Positions 1 through 12,125 of a DNA stretch of 64,000 nt are shown here, piece after piece; position 1 is the stretch's first letter; each line of letters starts with the position of its first letter. The position numbers and the translations under genes are program-made. Below the pieces are notes generated by a model, which saw nothing but the letters and a program-made list of their open reading frames with translations, was not told the origin of the DNA and searched no databases. The stretch comes from Actinomycetes bacterium (GTDB taxonomy: Bacteria; Actinomycetota; Acidimicrobiia; Spongiisociales; UBA5794): positions 13,991-77,990 of the forward strand of contig JAMBLJ010000036.1 in NCBI GenBank assembly GCA_023336815.1, given 5' to 3'.

Positions 1-23
1 GTTCCGATCGGTTCTTTCGCCAC

Positions 24-1019
24 GTGACCGCCCCGACTGACGCTTTTCTCACCGGCGGAAGCGGCCTCGTCGGTGGGCATCTTCTCCAACGCCTCGTGCA
101 GAACGGATCAGCGGTGAAAGCACTTGCACGCACCGACTCCGCGCAGCAGCGAGTGGCTGTTCGCGGGGGCACTGTAGTGAGCGGAGACGTCTTCGATAAC
201 GCCGCGCTGGCTGCGGGGATGGCTGGCGTGGACACTGTGTTTCACGTTGCCGGAGTCAACACAACCTGCGTTCGAGACCCTGATGCGATGGATCGCGTGA
301 ATATCGAAGGCACACGTGAGATCGTAAGGGCGGCATCCTTGGCTGGTGTACGACGTGTGGTCTATACATCGTCCGCAGCGGTGATCGGCGAACGGCACGG
401 TTCGGTTGGTAGCGAGACAACGATCCATTCCGGTGAATTCCTATCACCGTATGCGCGGTCGAAGTACCTTGCCGAGATTGCTGGATTCGCGGAGGCCGAA
501 CGATGCGGCGTGGACTTCGTGGCTGTCAATCCCTCGTCGGTACAAGGTCCAGGGCGGTCCATGGGTTCGGCCGAGATCCTCCTCAAGGTCCTACAGGCAC
601 GTCGGCCCGTGTTGGTTGACGCGTTCTTGTCGATCGTCGACATCGAGGATTGCACGGATGGTCACATCGCCGCGGCGACTCGCGGCATCGCTGGTTCGCG
701 CTACATCTTGTCAACTCCCGCCATGCGCATGACTGAAGCCGTTGAGATGCTTTCAGTGGCAACGGGCAAGGCGATCGACCCGCGATGGCTTGGTGCGAGG
801 ACGGCCAGGTTCGTCGGGCGCCCGGTAGCGAAACTGATGTCGGCGGTTCGCCCAGATTCCGGGATATGTGTGGCGTTGATCGACACACTGCTCCACGGAC
901 ACCGCTTCGATGGAACGCTTGCAAGCAGGGAGTTGGGAATCGACTACCGACCATGGACCAACACTCTCGAAAGGACAGTTGCATGGTTCCGGTCGGAGGG
1001 TCTGCTGACGAGCGACTGA
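24..1019 (+). CDS. NAD-dependent epimerase/dehydratase family oxidoreductase (extended SDR)
   Basis: N-terminal Rossmann motif TGGSGLVGGHL right after the GTG start; length 331 aa typical for extended SDR epimerases; no in-frame stop upstream of position 24 so N-terminus could extend beyond window. Confidence 0.7.
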   Translation: MTAPTDAFLTGGSGLVGGHLLQRLVQNGSAVKALARTDSAQQRVAVRGGTVVSGDVFDNAALAAGMAGVDTVFHVAGVNTTCVRDPDAMDRVNIEGTREIVRAASLAGVRRVVYTSSAAVIGERHGSVGSETTIHSGEFLSPYARSKYLAEIAGFAEAERCGVDFVAVNPSSVQGPGRSMGSAEILLKVLQARRPVLVDAFLSIVDIEDCTDGHIAAATRGIAGSRYILSTPAMRMTEAVEMLSVATGKAIDPRWLGARTARFVGRPVAKLMSAVRPDSGICVALIDTLLHGHRFDGTLASRELGIDYRPWTNTLERTVAWFRSEGLLTSD

Positions 1020-1047
1020 GTGCAGCAGCGCAGTACGATGATTCATT

Positions 1048-4000
1048 GTGCCTGCGCCATTGTCCTCGCTTGTCGATCGGTGGGATCGCAACCTCGACCC
1101 TCAGATTCCTGGTCGCGTTGTGGTGCCTCCCTCGGCGCGCGCCATCGTGCTTGCCGCCATCGAGCGCCATGCAGATGGACCGATGCTCGCCATCGTGGCG
1201 GGGGAGAGAGAAGCCGAGGAACTGACAGAGGATCTGGCACTGTTCACCGAGGCGGTGATCCAGATGCCGGCATGGGAGACGCTCCCGTTCGAGCACGTGT
1301 CTCCGAACGTCGTCACCATGGCAAGACGAATCGAAGCACGCTCCCGGCTACGATCCGATGAACCGTTCGCGGTTGTTGCTTCCGTGCGAGCTGTCACACA
1401 ACGCGTATCTCCATCGACGGTTTCGCCGATGACCCTCCAACGATCATCGACCTATGACTTCGATACAGTGGTTAGGGGTCTCGTCGAGATTGGCTACGCC
1501 AGGACAGACCGAGCCGAGGCGCGGGGTGACGTGGCTGTGCGTGGCGGGATCATCGACATCTTTCCTCCGAATGCCGATTCGCCCATACGTCTCGATTTCT
1601 GGGGAGATCAACTCGACGAGATCAGAACGTATCACCCTGCGACACAGCGCTCCGAGAAGGAGCTCAACAGCGTACAGATATTCCCTGCCAGGGAAGTGAT
1701 CCTCGACGAGGGTATTCGTACTCGGGCGAAGGAGCTACTTGCTGATGCCCCATGGGCTTCTGACCGGTGGGACAGGATGATGGAGGGTGTGACCTTCCAG
1801 GGGATGGAGTCCTGGCTCCCGTGGCTCGCTGCACCGAGGATGGCGATCGATGAATTTGCCGGTCCCGTTGTCGTATTCGATCCTGCCCGATGTGCGGAGC
1901 GAGCATCAGACTTGATTACCGAAGAAGCCGATCTCGCATCCGCGCTTGCGGGTACCTGGGGATCAGACAGCCCTGATGCGGGCGCGCACCCTCCGCTCTA
2001 CCTTCCGCTAGACCTCGGAGCGGTGGCTGACCGGGTTCTGGAGTCGCCTCCCCATCCACGAGGCCCAGGCGATGAGAGCTACGAGATTCGATCCCTTGAT
2101 GCTGTTGCGGGTGATCCCGAGTCGGTTGCCGATGCGATCAACCGGTGGAAGACGCGATCGGTCGACATCATCGTTGCGATGGACGGCGCAGCAGCAGCTC
2201 ATCGAGTCGCCTCCGTCCTCGGAGAGCACGGTGCGGACCTTCCTGTGGTGACGACGGTGGAATCGCTGTCCGCGGCGGTGACGCCGGTTGGAATCCACAA
2301 TGGGTTCGTATTCCCTGCGCTCGGGTTCGGTGTTGTCGGGGAACGCGAGGTTGCCGGACGCAGACGCGCACATCGCACGGCGCGCCGGGGTACGCGCCGT
2401 CAGACTGCTGACGCCTACAGGGATCTGAACCCTGGAGACTTCGTCGTCCATCACCACCACGGTATCGGACGATTTTCGGGTCTCGTCCATCGAGAGATCG
2501 CCGGAGTCGAGAGGGACTACCTCCTCGTCGAGTACGCAGGTGAAGACCGCTTGTACGTTCCGACGGATCAACTGGCGGCTGTCACCCGATACACGGGAGG
2601 GGAGTCACCGCGATTGTCACGTATGGGTGGGGCAGAGTGGGGCCAGACGCGAGCACGCATCCGCAAGGAGGTCGCCGTCATCGCTGACCAGGTGGTAGCG
2701 CTTCATCGAAAGCGGGCAGCCGCACCCGGGCATGCGTTCGCCCCCGACACACCCTGGCAAGGCGAGTTCGAAGCGGCGTTTCCGTTTGAGGAAACACCTG
2801 ACCAGATGCAGGCCATCATCGATGTCAAGACCGATATGCAGGCCGAGCGTCCGATGGATCGTCTCATTTTCGGCGACGTCGGCTTCGGGAAGACGGAGGT
2901 AGCGATCAGGGCAATGTTCAAGGCCGTTCAGGACGGCAAACAGGCTGTGATGCTCGTCCCGACCACGCTGCTTGCACAGCAACACTTCGCCACCTTCGAG
3001 GATCGTTTTGACCCGTATCCGGTTCGAGTCGAGATGCTGTCGAGGTTCCTCACCGCCAGACAGCAGAAACAGGTGATCCAGGGCATCGGTGATGGCAGCG
3101 TCGACATCGTGGTTGGAACGCACCGACTTCTCAGCGACGACATCGTGTTCCCGAACCTGGGTCTTGTCGTCATCGATGAGGAACAACGATTCGGTGTGTC
3201 TGCCAAGGACACTCTCAGAGAGCTCCGGTCGAGTGTCGATGTACTCACACTCACCGCAACACCGATCCCGCGTACGCTCGAAATGGCTTTGACCGGTATT
3301 CGCGAGGTTTCCAGTATCCGGACCGCTCCCCAGGACCGTCATCCGATTCTCACGTATGTCGGCCCGTACGATGAGAACGCCGTATCGGCGGCAATCCGCA
3401 GGGAGATGCTTCGTGAGGGTCAGGTGTACTACGTACATAACAGAGTGCAATCGATCGACCACGCTGTAGTGCGCCTCCGCGAACTCGTACCGGACGCCCG
3501 GATCGGCGTTGCCCACGGTCAGATGAGCGAGGGACAACTCGAGCAGGTTATGTTCGACTTTTGGAACCGGGAGTTCGACGTCCTCGTGGCGACAACCATC
3601 ATCGAGTCAGGACTTGATATCCCCCAGGTCAATACGCTCATCGTTGAACGGGCTGACAGACTCGGCCTCGCCCAGCTCTATCAGTTGAGGGGCCGAGTGG
3701 GGCGGTCTAGCCAGAGGGCCTATGCCTATCTCTTTCATCCGACCGAGGAACGACTCGGAGAAACAGCATATCGCAGACTCGAGGCGATCGGCCAGTTCGC
3801 TGAGCTCGGTTCAGGATTCGAGCTTGCAATGCGGGATCTCGAGATACGAGGAGCTGGCAGCATCCTGTCCGAGACCCAGTCAGGGCACATCGCGGCCGTC
3901 GGCTTCGATCTCTACACCGAACTCGTCGCCGATGCCGTGAAAGACCTTCGAGGCGAGAGCCCGATCGTCGACGAACCTGCTCCCATCCGGATCGACCTCA

Positions 4001-4398
4001 TGGTGGACGCTCACCTCAGGGATAGCTACGTACCAGGTGTAGAGGCCAGGCTCGAGGCGTATCGTCGGCTTGCGGCTGCCATAACCGCAGAGGCCGTTGC
4101 AGATGTCGTCGCGGAATGGGAGGACCGTTTTGGTCCCCTAACGGACAACGCGCAGCGGCTCATCGATGTTGCCGAACTCAGAGTCGAAGCCCTACGTATC
4201 GGTATCACCGAGATCGTTCAGAATCGGAGGGAGGTGAGAATCGAACCGGTGACGATGAAAGCATCTCAAGAGGTACGCCTCGAGCGGATCGCCCGCGGAG
4301 CGCTTCTGCGTGGGTCGACCCTGTATCTGCCCTCACCCGAGGAGTCGCCGGCAACGATGATTACCCGGTTCCTCCGTACAATGTGGCCAGACTCATGA
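1048..4398 (+). CDS. mfd: transcription-repair coupling factor Mfd
   Basis: 1116 aa; UvrB-homology N-terminal region, Walker A GDVGFGKTEVA, DEEQRFG helicase motif II, TRCF C-terminal domain; stop overlaps next start (ATGA). Confidence 0.93.
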   Translation: MPAPLSSLVDRWDRNLDPQIPGRVVVPPSARAIVLAAIERHADGPMLAIVAGEREAEELTEDLALFTEAVIQMPAWETLPFEHVSPNVVTMARRIEARSRLRSDEPFAVVASVRAVTQRVSPSTVSPMTLQRSSTYDFDTVVRGLVEIGYARTDRAEARGDVAVRGGIIDIFPPNADSPIRLDFWGDQLDEIRTYHPATQRSEKELNSVQIFPAREVILDEGIRTRAKELLADAPWASDRWDRMMEGVTFQGMESWLPWLAAPRMAIDEFAGPVVVFDPARCAERASDLITEEADLASALAGTWGSDSPDAGAHPPLYLPLDLGAVADRVLESPPHPRGPGDESYEIRSLDAVAGDPESVADAINRWKTRSVDIIVAMDGAAAAHRVASVLGEHGADLPVVTTVESLSAAVTPVGIHNGFVFPALGFGVVGEREVAGRRRAHRTARRGTRRQTADAYRDLNPGDFVVHHHHGIGRFSGLVHREIAGVERDYLLVEYAGEDRLYVPTDQLAAVTRYTGGESPRLSRMGGAEWGQTRARIRKEVAVIADQVVALHRKRAAAPGHAFAPDTPWQGEFEAAFPFEETPDQMQAIIDVKTDMQAERPMDRLIFGDVGFGKTEVAIRAMFKAVQDGKQAVMLVPTTLLAQQHFATFEDRFDPYPVRVEMLSRFLTARQQKQVIQGIGDGSVDIVVGTHRLLSDDIVFPNLGLVVIDEEQRFGVSAKDTLRELRSSVDVLTLTATPIPRTLEMALTGIREVSSIRTAPQDRHPILTYVGPYDENAVSAAIRREMLREGQVYYVHNRVQSIDHAVVRLRELVPDARIGVAHGQMSEGQLEQVMFDFWNREFDVLVATTIIESGLDIPQVNTLIVERADRLGLAQLYQLRGRVGRSSQRAYAYLFHPTEERLGETAYRRLEAIGQFAELGSGFELAMRDLEIRGAGSILSETQSGHIAAVGFDLYTELVADAVKDLRGESPIVDEPAPIRIDLMVDAHLRDSYVPGVEARLEAYRRLAAAITAEAVADVVAEWEDRFGPLTDNAQRLIDVAELRVEALRIGITEIVQNRREVRIEPVTMKASQEVRLERIARGALLRGSTLYLPSPEESPATMITRFLRTMWPDS

Positions 4399-5315
4399 AA
4401 CGTTCACACCGACTCACCCCTCTGCTCGTCGCTCTCGGCTTGATTCTCGCAAGCTGTAGTAGCGCAGGGATCGCTGCAACGGTGAACGGGAGCGACATCT
4501 CCGATGAGAAAGTGCTCTCCCTTTCGACGGAACCACTCGATGGTCCGGTCATCCCCGGCCCAAACTTTCGGAACCTGTTGCTGAACGCGATCTTCACCGA
4601 GGCGATGGTCACGGGTGCCGAGCAGGATTTTGGTTTGGCCGGTCTGGACTCCAAGCAATCGATCGATGCCTTCGTTCAGAGCGCCACACCCCAGGAGACA
4701 GATGTCCTTCGGTCTATCTCGGAGAACTCAGAGCTCTCTGAGAGTGCCGTGGAGCTCGTGGCAGTGCAGTTGCTCACGAGAAGAAGTGTTCAGGAGGAAC
4801 TCGCTCAGGATCCCGAGATCATCACAAGCGTCTGGGAGGAGGATCGGGATCTCCTTGTTCAGGCGTGTGCCAGGCACATCGTGCTCGCAACCGAAGCCGA
4901 GGCCGAGGTTGTACAAGGTCGGATCGAAAGCGGCGAGGGATTTTCAGATCTGGTAGCTGAGGTCTCGCTCGATACCCAGTCTCCGGGTGGTGCGTTTCCA
5001 TGTCCGCTGAACCCGAGCTCACTCGGCGATCCGTTCAGAACGGTTCTGTCCACGGCACCGGTCGGCGAGGTCACGGCTCCGGTCCAGTCGCGACTCGGAT
5101 GGCACGTGATCCTCGTGGACTCGCGCGAAACACCAGCAACGTTCGAAGCCTTCGCCGAAGATCCCGCTCTCTGGATGCCAGCATCGGTTCTTGACGCTGA
5201 GTGGACGACATGGCTCAACGACACGCTTGCAGAGTCGAGTATCGATGTCCGATCACAAATCGGAGAATGGGTTTCTACGAGCGATGGGATCCTTCCACCT
5301 CCCGCATCACCTTGA
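4395..5315 (+). CDS. lipoprotein with parvulin-type (PpiC) peptidyl-prolyl isomerase domain, SurA/PrsA-like
   Basis: ATG at 4395 overlapping mfd stop; signal peptide with lipobox LILASC; C-terminal parvulin signature ...ARHIVLATEAEA...GWHVILV; ORF track start at 4116 is an in-frame upstream extension inside mfd. Confidence 0.7.
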   Translation: MKRSHRLTPLLVALGLILASCSSAGIAATVNGSDISDEKVLSLSTEPLDGPVIPGPNFRNLLLNAIFTEAMVTGAEQDFGLAGLDSKQSIDAFVQSATPQETDVLRSISENSELSESAVELVAVQLLTRRSVQEELAQDPEIITSVWEEDRDLLVQACARHIVLATEAEAEVVQGRIESGEGFSDLVAEVSLDTQSPGGAFPCPLNPSSLGDPFRTVLSTAPVGEVTAPVQSRLGWHVILVDSRETPATFEAFAEDPALWMPASVLDAEWTTWLNDTLAESSIDVRSQIGEWVSTSDGILPPPASP

Positions 5316-5316
5316 C

Positions 5317-6780
5317 ATGGCTTCCACAGCGCAGGTGAGCATCGTTGGGCTAGGTCCGGCGGGGATCGACCGCCTCGCAGCCGATGCGAAATCGATTTTG
5401 CTCGACCTCGATGCAACCGTGGTGCTCCGGACGACACATCATCCAACAGCTGCAGCGATCGCAACACAGCGCGATGTCACCACTTGCGACGATCTGTACG
5501 ACACGCTTCCCGAGTTCGATGAAGTCTATGAAGCGATAGCTGAGAGAGTTATCGTCGCCGCATCCCGCCGACGGGTCGTGTACGCCGTGCCAGGAAGTGC
5601 AGTGGTTGGCGAACGGGCCGTTGGAATGATCGTTGCCAGGTGCCGCGAGATCGGGATAGCCGTCGATGTATATCCAGGGCTGTCGTTCCTCGATCTCGCT
5701 TACATCGCTGTTTCTATCGATCCCATCACCGACGGTGTCCAGGTACTCGATGCGCGGGACCTACCCGACCCTCTCCCGCTTCATATCCCCACGCTGATTA
5801 CCCAGGTAGATTCGCCGCTTCGCGCATCGGATGTGTCTCTGGCCCTGACGCGCACACTCGACCCGGAGGCGCCGATCACGATACTCGATGCCCTCGGAGA
5901 CGATGATGAAGTCGTTGAGGTGACGACGGCTGCCGCACTGGCGAGATACGCCGGCGGATCGCGAACGACGGTCTTCGTTCCAGCGTCGTCCTCGGGGATT
6001 CTCGGATTGATCGCTACGAACAGGATCTTGCGCGAGACCTGTCCCTGGGATAAGAAGCAAACCCATCACACACTGCTCACACACCTCGTGGAGGAAGCCT
6101 ACGAAACGGCGGACGCGATCGCATCGCTCCCGGTTGGGGCACCTGAGGGCGATGCGGACTTCGGTGCATATGCAGAGGTCGAGGAGGAGCTCGGTGATCT
6201 GCTGCTTCAGGTCGTGTTTCACGCGACGCTTGCATCGGAGGCCGGAGCGTTCGACGTCGACGAAGTTGCTGAGGGGATACGACGCAAGCTCGTGGCACGT
6301 CATCCGCACGTATTCGGAGATGTGTCGGTTGAAGACGCCGACGAGGTACTTGCCAACTGGGAAGAGCTCAAGCAGAAGGAGAAGGGTCGCACAAGCCTCA
6401 TGGACGATGTACCCGTTGGGATGCCAGGGATCGCTAGAGCGACGAAAGTGCAGAACCGCGCGAGAAGCGTTGGCTTCGATTGGAGCGATATCGAAGACGT
6501 CGTAGACGTGTTGCGCGGTGAGATCGATGAACTCGTCGAGGCTGGTTCGGATGCTGAAGCGGTTGCTAGCGAGCTCGGAGACGTCCTCTTCTCCGCCGTC
6601 AACATCGGACGTCATCTTGGTGTCGATCCGGAGGTAGCGCTTCGCGGATCGGTCGATCGTTTCATGCAACGTTTTCGACTCATGGAGGAAGCGTTCATAA
6701 GCACAGGCACATCCATGCGCGAGGCATCGAACGAGATGCTCGAGAACGCGTGGGAGAATGCAAAGGAGACCCTGTCGTAG
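5317..6780 (+). CDS. mazG: MazG-family nucleoside triphosphate pyrophosphohydrolase with N-terminal tetrapyrrole-methylase-like domain (YabN-like)
   Basis: ATG at 5317 two nt after lipoprotein stop; N-terminal SIVGLGPAG methylase-like fold; tandem MazG EExGE-type helices (EELGDLLLQVVFHA, ELGDVLFSAVNIGRHLG, WEELKQKEKG). Confidence 0.8.
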   Translation: MASTAQVSIVGLGPAGIDRLAADAKSILLDLDATVVLRTTHHPTAAAIATQRDVTTCDDLYDTLPEFDEVYEAIAERVIVAASRRRVVYAVPGSAVVGERAVGMIVARCREIGIAVDVYPGLSFLDLAYIAVSIDPITDGVQVLDARDLPDPLPLHIPTLITQVDSPLRASDVSLALTRTLDPEAPITILDALGDDDEVVEVTTAAALARYAGGSRTTVFVPASSSGILGLIATNRILRETCPWDKKQTHHTLLTHLVEEAYETADAIASLPVGAPEGDADFGAYAEVEEELGDLLLQVVFHATLASEAGAFDVDEVAEGIRRKLVARHPHVFGDVSVEDADEVLANWEELKQKEKGRTSLMDDVPVGMPGIARATKVQNRARSVGFDWSDIEDVVDVLRGEIDELVEAGSDAEAVASELGDVLFSAVNIGRHLGVDPEVALRGSVDRFMQRFRLMEEAFISTGTSMREASNEMLENAWENAKETLS

Positions 6781-6823
6781 GACAATGCATCGACCAGCGC
6801 ACGTGTCGGTCTACCCTCGGTGA

Positions 6824-8533
<1,710 letters not shown>

Positions 8534-8559
<26 letters not shown>

Positions 8560-9076
8560 CCGGTCGATCGTTGAGATCCAGATCGACCGCTCGGTAAGGT
8601 CCAGGGTCGACGTCCGTACGCGGTGTCATCTCGGACTTCCCGTCGTGATCGACGTGCCACCACTCCTGGAGGACGGTACGCCGTTCCCCACCATGTTCTG
8701 GCTGACCTGTCCACTCGCGAGGCTCAGGGTCTCGCGCATCGAGTCATCGGGCGGAGTGAGAGCTGCTGATGCTCTGATCGAGTCCAACGCGCTGGTCGCC
8801 GAGCAGCACGCCGCAGCCATGCAGCGATATGAGAGCGAGCGAAGCGCCTTGATCCCAGACGACTGGGATGGTCCGAAGCCCAGCGGAGGTGTCGCTGGGT
8901 CGTCGGGTGGTGTCAAGTGTCTCCACGCTCACTACGCCGACACGGCCGCCGGCAATGACAACCCTGTCGGTGAAGATGTCGCAGAGCGGATCGAGCCTCT
9001 TGCGTGTACCGCGCCGTGTGTGATCGCGAACGAGACCGGGATGGAACGCAATCCAGCCTGGGTTGAACCCCGATGA
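8534..9076 (+). CDS. DUF501 domain protein
   Basis: In-frame ATG at 8534 (alt 8552) after ftsB-like stop; conserved DUF501-like core PVVIDVPPLLEDGTPFPTMFWLTCP; conserved eno-ftsB-DUF501-ppx synteny; ORF track start 8279 is an overlapping upstream extension. Confidence 0.6.
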
Positions 9077-9972
9077 CAGTTGCGGCCATCGACATCGGAT
9101 CGAACTCCCTGCGCCTGCTCGTCCTCGATCGGACGGGGGTAGAGCTTGAGCGCGATGTCACGGTCACGGGGCTTGGCTCCGGGATCGAAGCTACGGGTAC
9201 CTTCGATCCGCACGCAGTGGAACGTACACTCGATGTGATTAGCCGATACGCCGATGTGATCGCAAGTCACCCTGTGGAATTGCTGAAGGCGGTCGCGACG
9301 TCTGCGTCACGCGATGCCGCCAACGGTGAAGAGCTCATGATCGCGATAGATAACGCGCTGGGTGTCCGACCCGTCATCATTGATGGAGCCACCGAAGCGA
9401 GCCTTGCCTTCTTCGGTGCGACCATTGAGTCGTACCCTTCGGACCGGAAGCTCGTGATCGATATCGGAGGTGGCTCCACTGAGGTCGTCGTCGGCTATGA
9501 ATCTGTTACCTACGCAACGAGTATTGACATAGGTTCCGTCCGGTTGACCGACGCCTTCGTAGCCGACCGTCCGGTGGCACCGGACGTCCTCGACGCGATG
9601 CGAGCTCACACAGATAGAGCATTCGGTCAGGTTGCGTTGGTCGGCCCCGTAGATCAAGCGATCGGTGTGGCGGGTACGCTGACCAATCTCTCAGCGATGG
9701 CGATGCATCTGGAGATGTACGATCGCTCGGTCGTTGACGGGTCGTATATTTCCCTCGCCGTGATCTCTGATCTCATCGAGGAACTTTCCACGCTCACGAT
9801 CGCTGAGACCGAGATGATCCCTTCTCTCGATCCGAAGAGGGCCAGAGTCATCCTGGCTGGAGCGGTCATTGCTCACAGCATCATGACACGTTGCGATATC
9901 AGTGGCCTCCGTATCTCCGAGAGGGACCTGCTCGACGGACTCGCTAGGGAACTGCTCCAGGCGATCGACTGA
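9073..9972 (+). CDS. Ppx/GppA family exopolyphosphatase/guanosine pentaphosphate phosphohydrolase
   Basis: ATGA overlap with previous stop; N-terminal AAIDIGSNSLRLLV actin-like ATPase fold motif of Ppx/GppA; 299 aa (short actinobacterial form). Confidence 0.88.
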   Translation: MTVAAIDIGSNSLRLLVLDRTGVELERDVTVTGLGSGIEATGTFDPHAVERTLDVISRYADVIASHPVELLKAVATSASRDAANGEELMIAIDNALGVRPVIIDGATEASLAFFGATIESYPSDRKLVIDIGGGSTEVVVGYESVTYATSIDIGSVRLTDAFVADRPVAPDVLDAMRAHTDRAFGQVALVGPVDQAIGVAGTLTNLSAMAMHLEMYDRSVVDGSYISLAVISDLIEELSTLTIAETEMIPSLDPKRARVILAGAVIAHSIMTRCDISGLRISERDLLDGLARELLQAID

Positions 9973-9977
9973 CATAG

Positions 9978-12038
9978 TTATTCCTTGGCAGCTGCCATGG
10001 CCTTGGCGACCAGATGCGAGGGGAGCTCCTGATAGTGGTCGAGTTCTGCGGTGAACCTGCCCCAGCCGTTGGTCAGCGATCTCAGATCGATCGCGTATCG
10101 AAGAATCTCGCTCGATGGGATATCTGCCTCGATCGTCTGGGAACCGTCGGACGCCGTCTGTGAGCCCTGCACAGCACCCCTGCGAGCGGCGATATCCCCC
10201 ATGACGTCACCCTGATACTGATTCGGAACAGTGATGGCGACTTTCGATACCGGCTCGAGAACGATGGGATTTGCACGGTCGAACGCCTCTCTGAAACCTG
10301 CACGCGCGGCGAGCTTGAACGCCATCTCGGAGGAGTCGACGGCGTGGTACTTCCCATCGTCGACGGTGATCTGGATATCCACGACTGGGTAGCCGTGGGA
10401 TCCTCCGTTCTCCATCGTCTCGATCGCGCCCTTCTCGACGGCGGGAATGAACTGTCTTGGGATGCTGCCGCCCTTGACCTTGTCCACGAACTCGAAACCA
10501 GCGCCCCGCTGACGGGGCGAAAGGATGAGATGGCATACGCCGTACTGCCCATGACCGCCCGACTGCTTCTTGTGTTTCCCATCGGCATCCGCGGTTGCGG
10601 TGATCGTTTCCCTGTACGCAACCTTCACCGGCACTTGGTCGACCTGGACACCGAACTTTCGGTCGAGCTTCTCAAGGGTAATCAGGAGATGCGTTTCGCC
10701 AAGACCGCTGAGGAGGGTCTGATGGGTCTCCTGGTTCTGTTCGACCTTCAAGGATGCATCCTCATCGATGATCCGCTGGAGGGAGGTTGACAGCTTGTCG
10801 TCGTCTGACTGGGTCCGTGCAACGATCGCGGTTGCGAGTACGGGTTGGGGTCTGTCGATGCCTGGGACCGTGACCGGGGCGTTTTTCGGGGCGAGCGTAT
10901 CGCCGGTCTTGGTGTCCAGCAGCTTCGCAGCGGCGATGATATCTCCGGCTGGTGCGGCCGACACGAGTGTTGTTTCCTTGCCGAACATCGTCGCGATCTT
11001 GGCGAGTCGTTCGTCCTGACCGGACCGGCCGTTGGTGAGGTGTGTCTCTGGCTTCAGCGTGCCCGACATGACCTTCATCAACGAGATCTGTCCGACATAC
11101 GCATCGGCGAGTGTTTTGAATACGAAGGCGAGGGGTTCCTGGTCAGGGTCCTTTGTTATCTCGATTTCCTCACCGCCTGCGAGAACTCTTGCAGGCGGTC
11201 GATCCTGGGGTGACGGCCCGATCTCGACGATGAAATCAGCGAGCCGGTCAACGGCGATCGGGCCGGTCGCAGAGCCACATACAACGGGGAAGACCGTTGC
11301 GTTCGCGATGCCGAGAGCCATGGTGGCCTCGAGCTCCTGCACACTCGGAATCGTTCCTTCCAGGTAGCCTTCGAGCAGATCGTCGTCTGCAACCACGATC
11401 CCTTCCACGAGGTTGTCGTGAACCTCATGCTCTTTGTCAGCGATCTCCTGGGGAATATCGACAACCTCGGCGGAGCCGGAGTCGTACACGTAGGCCTTGT
11501 CACGAAAGAGCCCAACAACCCCGCGGAAACTCGCCTCAGAGCCGATCGGCAGTTCGATCGGTGCGATACCTGCGCCGAACCTGTCGCGAAGCTCTTTGAG
11601 CGTCCGCTCGAACGATGCACGTTCCTTGTCGAGTTTGTTGATGAAGATCATGCGCGGGACCTGGAGCTTCTCGGCGATCCTCCATGCATACTCTGTCTGC
11701 ACCTCAACGCCCTCGACCGCACTTACGACGAATACGGCGAGGTCCGTGACGCGCAGAGCAGCGTGAACATCCCCAGAAAAATCCGCGTACCCCGGTGTGT
11801 CGATGAGATTGATCTTGTAGCCGAGCCACTCGAAGGGAGCCATTGCCATGGTGACGGTCATCTGGCGGGCATGTTCCTCAGGGTCGTAATCTGTGACGGT
11901 ATTCCCCGCCTCAACCGTTCCGATTCTTCCGATCGCACCGGCACGGAACAGGAGAGCTTCCGCAAGGGTCGTCTTGCCAGCACCGGAGTGACCAACAAGA
12001 GCGACGTTGCGGATCTTCTCAGGAGGGAAGACATTCAC
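9978..12038 (-). CDS. elongation factor G family GTPase (EF-G paralog)
   Basis: G1 motif GHSGAGKTT, DTPGYADF G3 motif, full EF-G domain series to C-terminus; likely start is GTG at 12038 preceded by AGGAG (12050-12046) rather than the ORF-track start at 12125 which abuts the tRNA. Confidence 0.85.
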   Translation of the reverse strand: MNVFPPEKIRNVALVGHSGAGKTTLAEALLFRAGAIGRIGTVEAGNTVTDYDPEEHARQMTVTMAMAPFEWLGYKINLIDTPGYADFSGDVHAALRVTDLAVFVVSAVEGVEVQTEYAWRIAEKLQVPRMIFINKLDKERASFERTLKELRDRFGAGIAPIELPIGSEASFRGVVGLFRDKAYVYDSGSAEVVDIPQEIADKEHEVHDNLVEGIVVADDDLLEGYLEGTIPSVQELEATMALGIANATVFPVVCGSATGPIAVDRLADFIVEIGPSPQDRPPARVLAGGEEIEITKDPDQEPLAFVFKTLADAYVGQISLMKVMSGTLKPETHLTNGRSGQDERLAKIATMFGKETTLVSAAPAGDIIAAAKLLDTKTGDTLAPKNAPVTVPGIDRPQPVLATAIVARTQSDDDKLSTSLQRIIDEDASLKVEQNQETHQTLLSGLGETHLLITLEKLDRKFGVQVDQVPVKVAYRETITATADADGKHKKQSGGHGQYGVCHLILSPRQRGAGFEFVDKVKGGSIPRQFIPAVEKGAIETMENGGSHGYPVVDIQITVDDGKYHAVDSSEMAFKLAARAGFREAFDRANPIVLEPVSKVAITVPNQYQGDVMGDIAARRGAVQGSQTASDGSQTIEADIPSSEILRYAIDLRSLTNGWGRFTAELDHYQELPSHLVAKAMAAAKE

Positions 12039-12125
12039 CAAAGGACTCCTTCTTCGATTGCCCCAAGAATACGCAAGTCCAGAGTGCTGAGCGAAGTTGG
12101 CTGTACGGTATTCTCGTGACAACAA

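Noticed and set aside
583-1296. 237-aa minus-strand ORF spanning the epimerase/mfd junction
   Set aside because: It is antisense to two real genes and has an Arg/Cys/Pro-rich composition typical of GC-artefact frames.
2617-3537. 306-aa minus-strand ORF inside mfd
   Set aside because: It is antisense to a confidently identified, motif-rich gene. Long antisense ORFs are typical of high-GC DNA, and it has no domain signatures.
4116-4394. N-terminal 93-aa extension of the lipoprotein ORF overlapping the mfd 3' end
   Set aside because: ATG at 4395 gives a standard lipoprotein signal peptide immediately and an ATGA overlap with mfd. The extension is Arg-rich junk in the mfd alternative frame.
5761-6669. 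302-aa minus-strand ORF inside mazG
   Set aside because: It is antisense to the MazG domain region and has no motifs.
12060-12125. First 29 codons of the EF-G ORF (start at 12125) abutting the tRNA
   Set aside because: GTG at 12038 has an AGGAG RBS at the right spacing and gives a typical EF-G N-terminus. The longer form would leave no promoter space between divergent tRNA and fusA-like genes.
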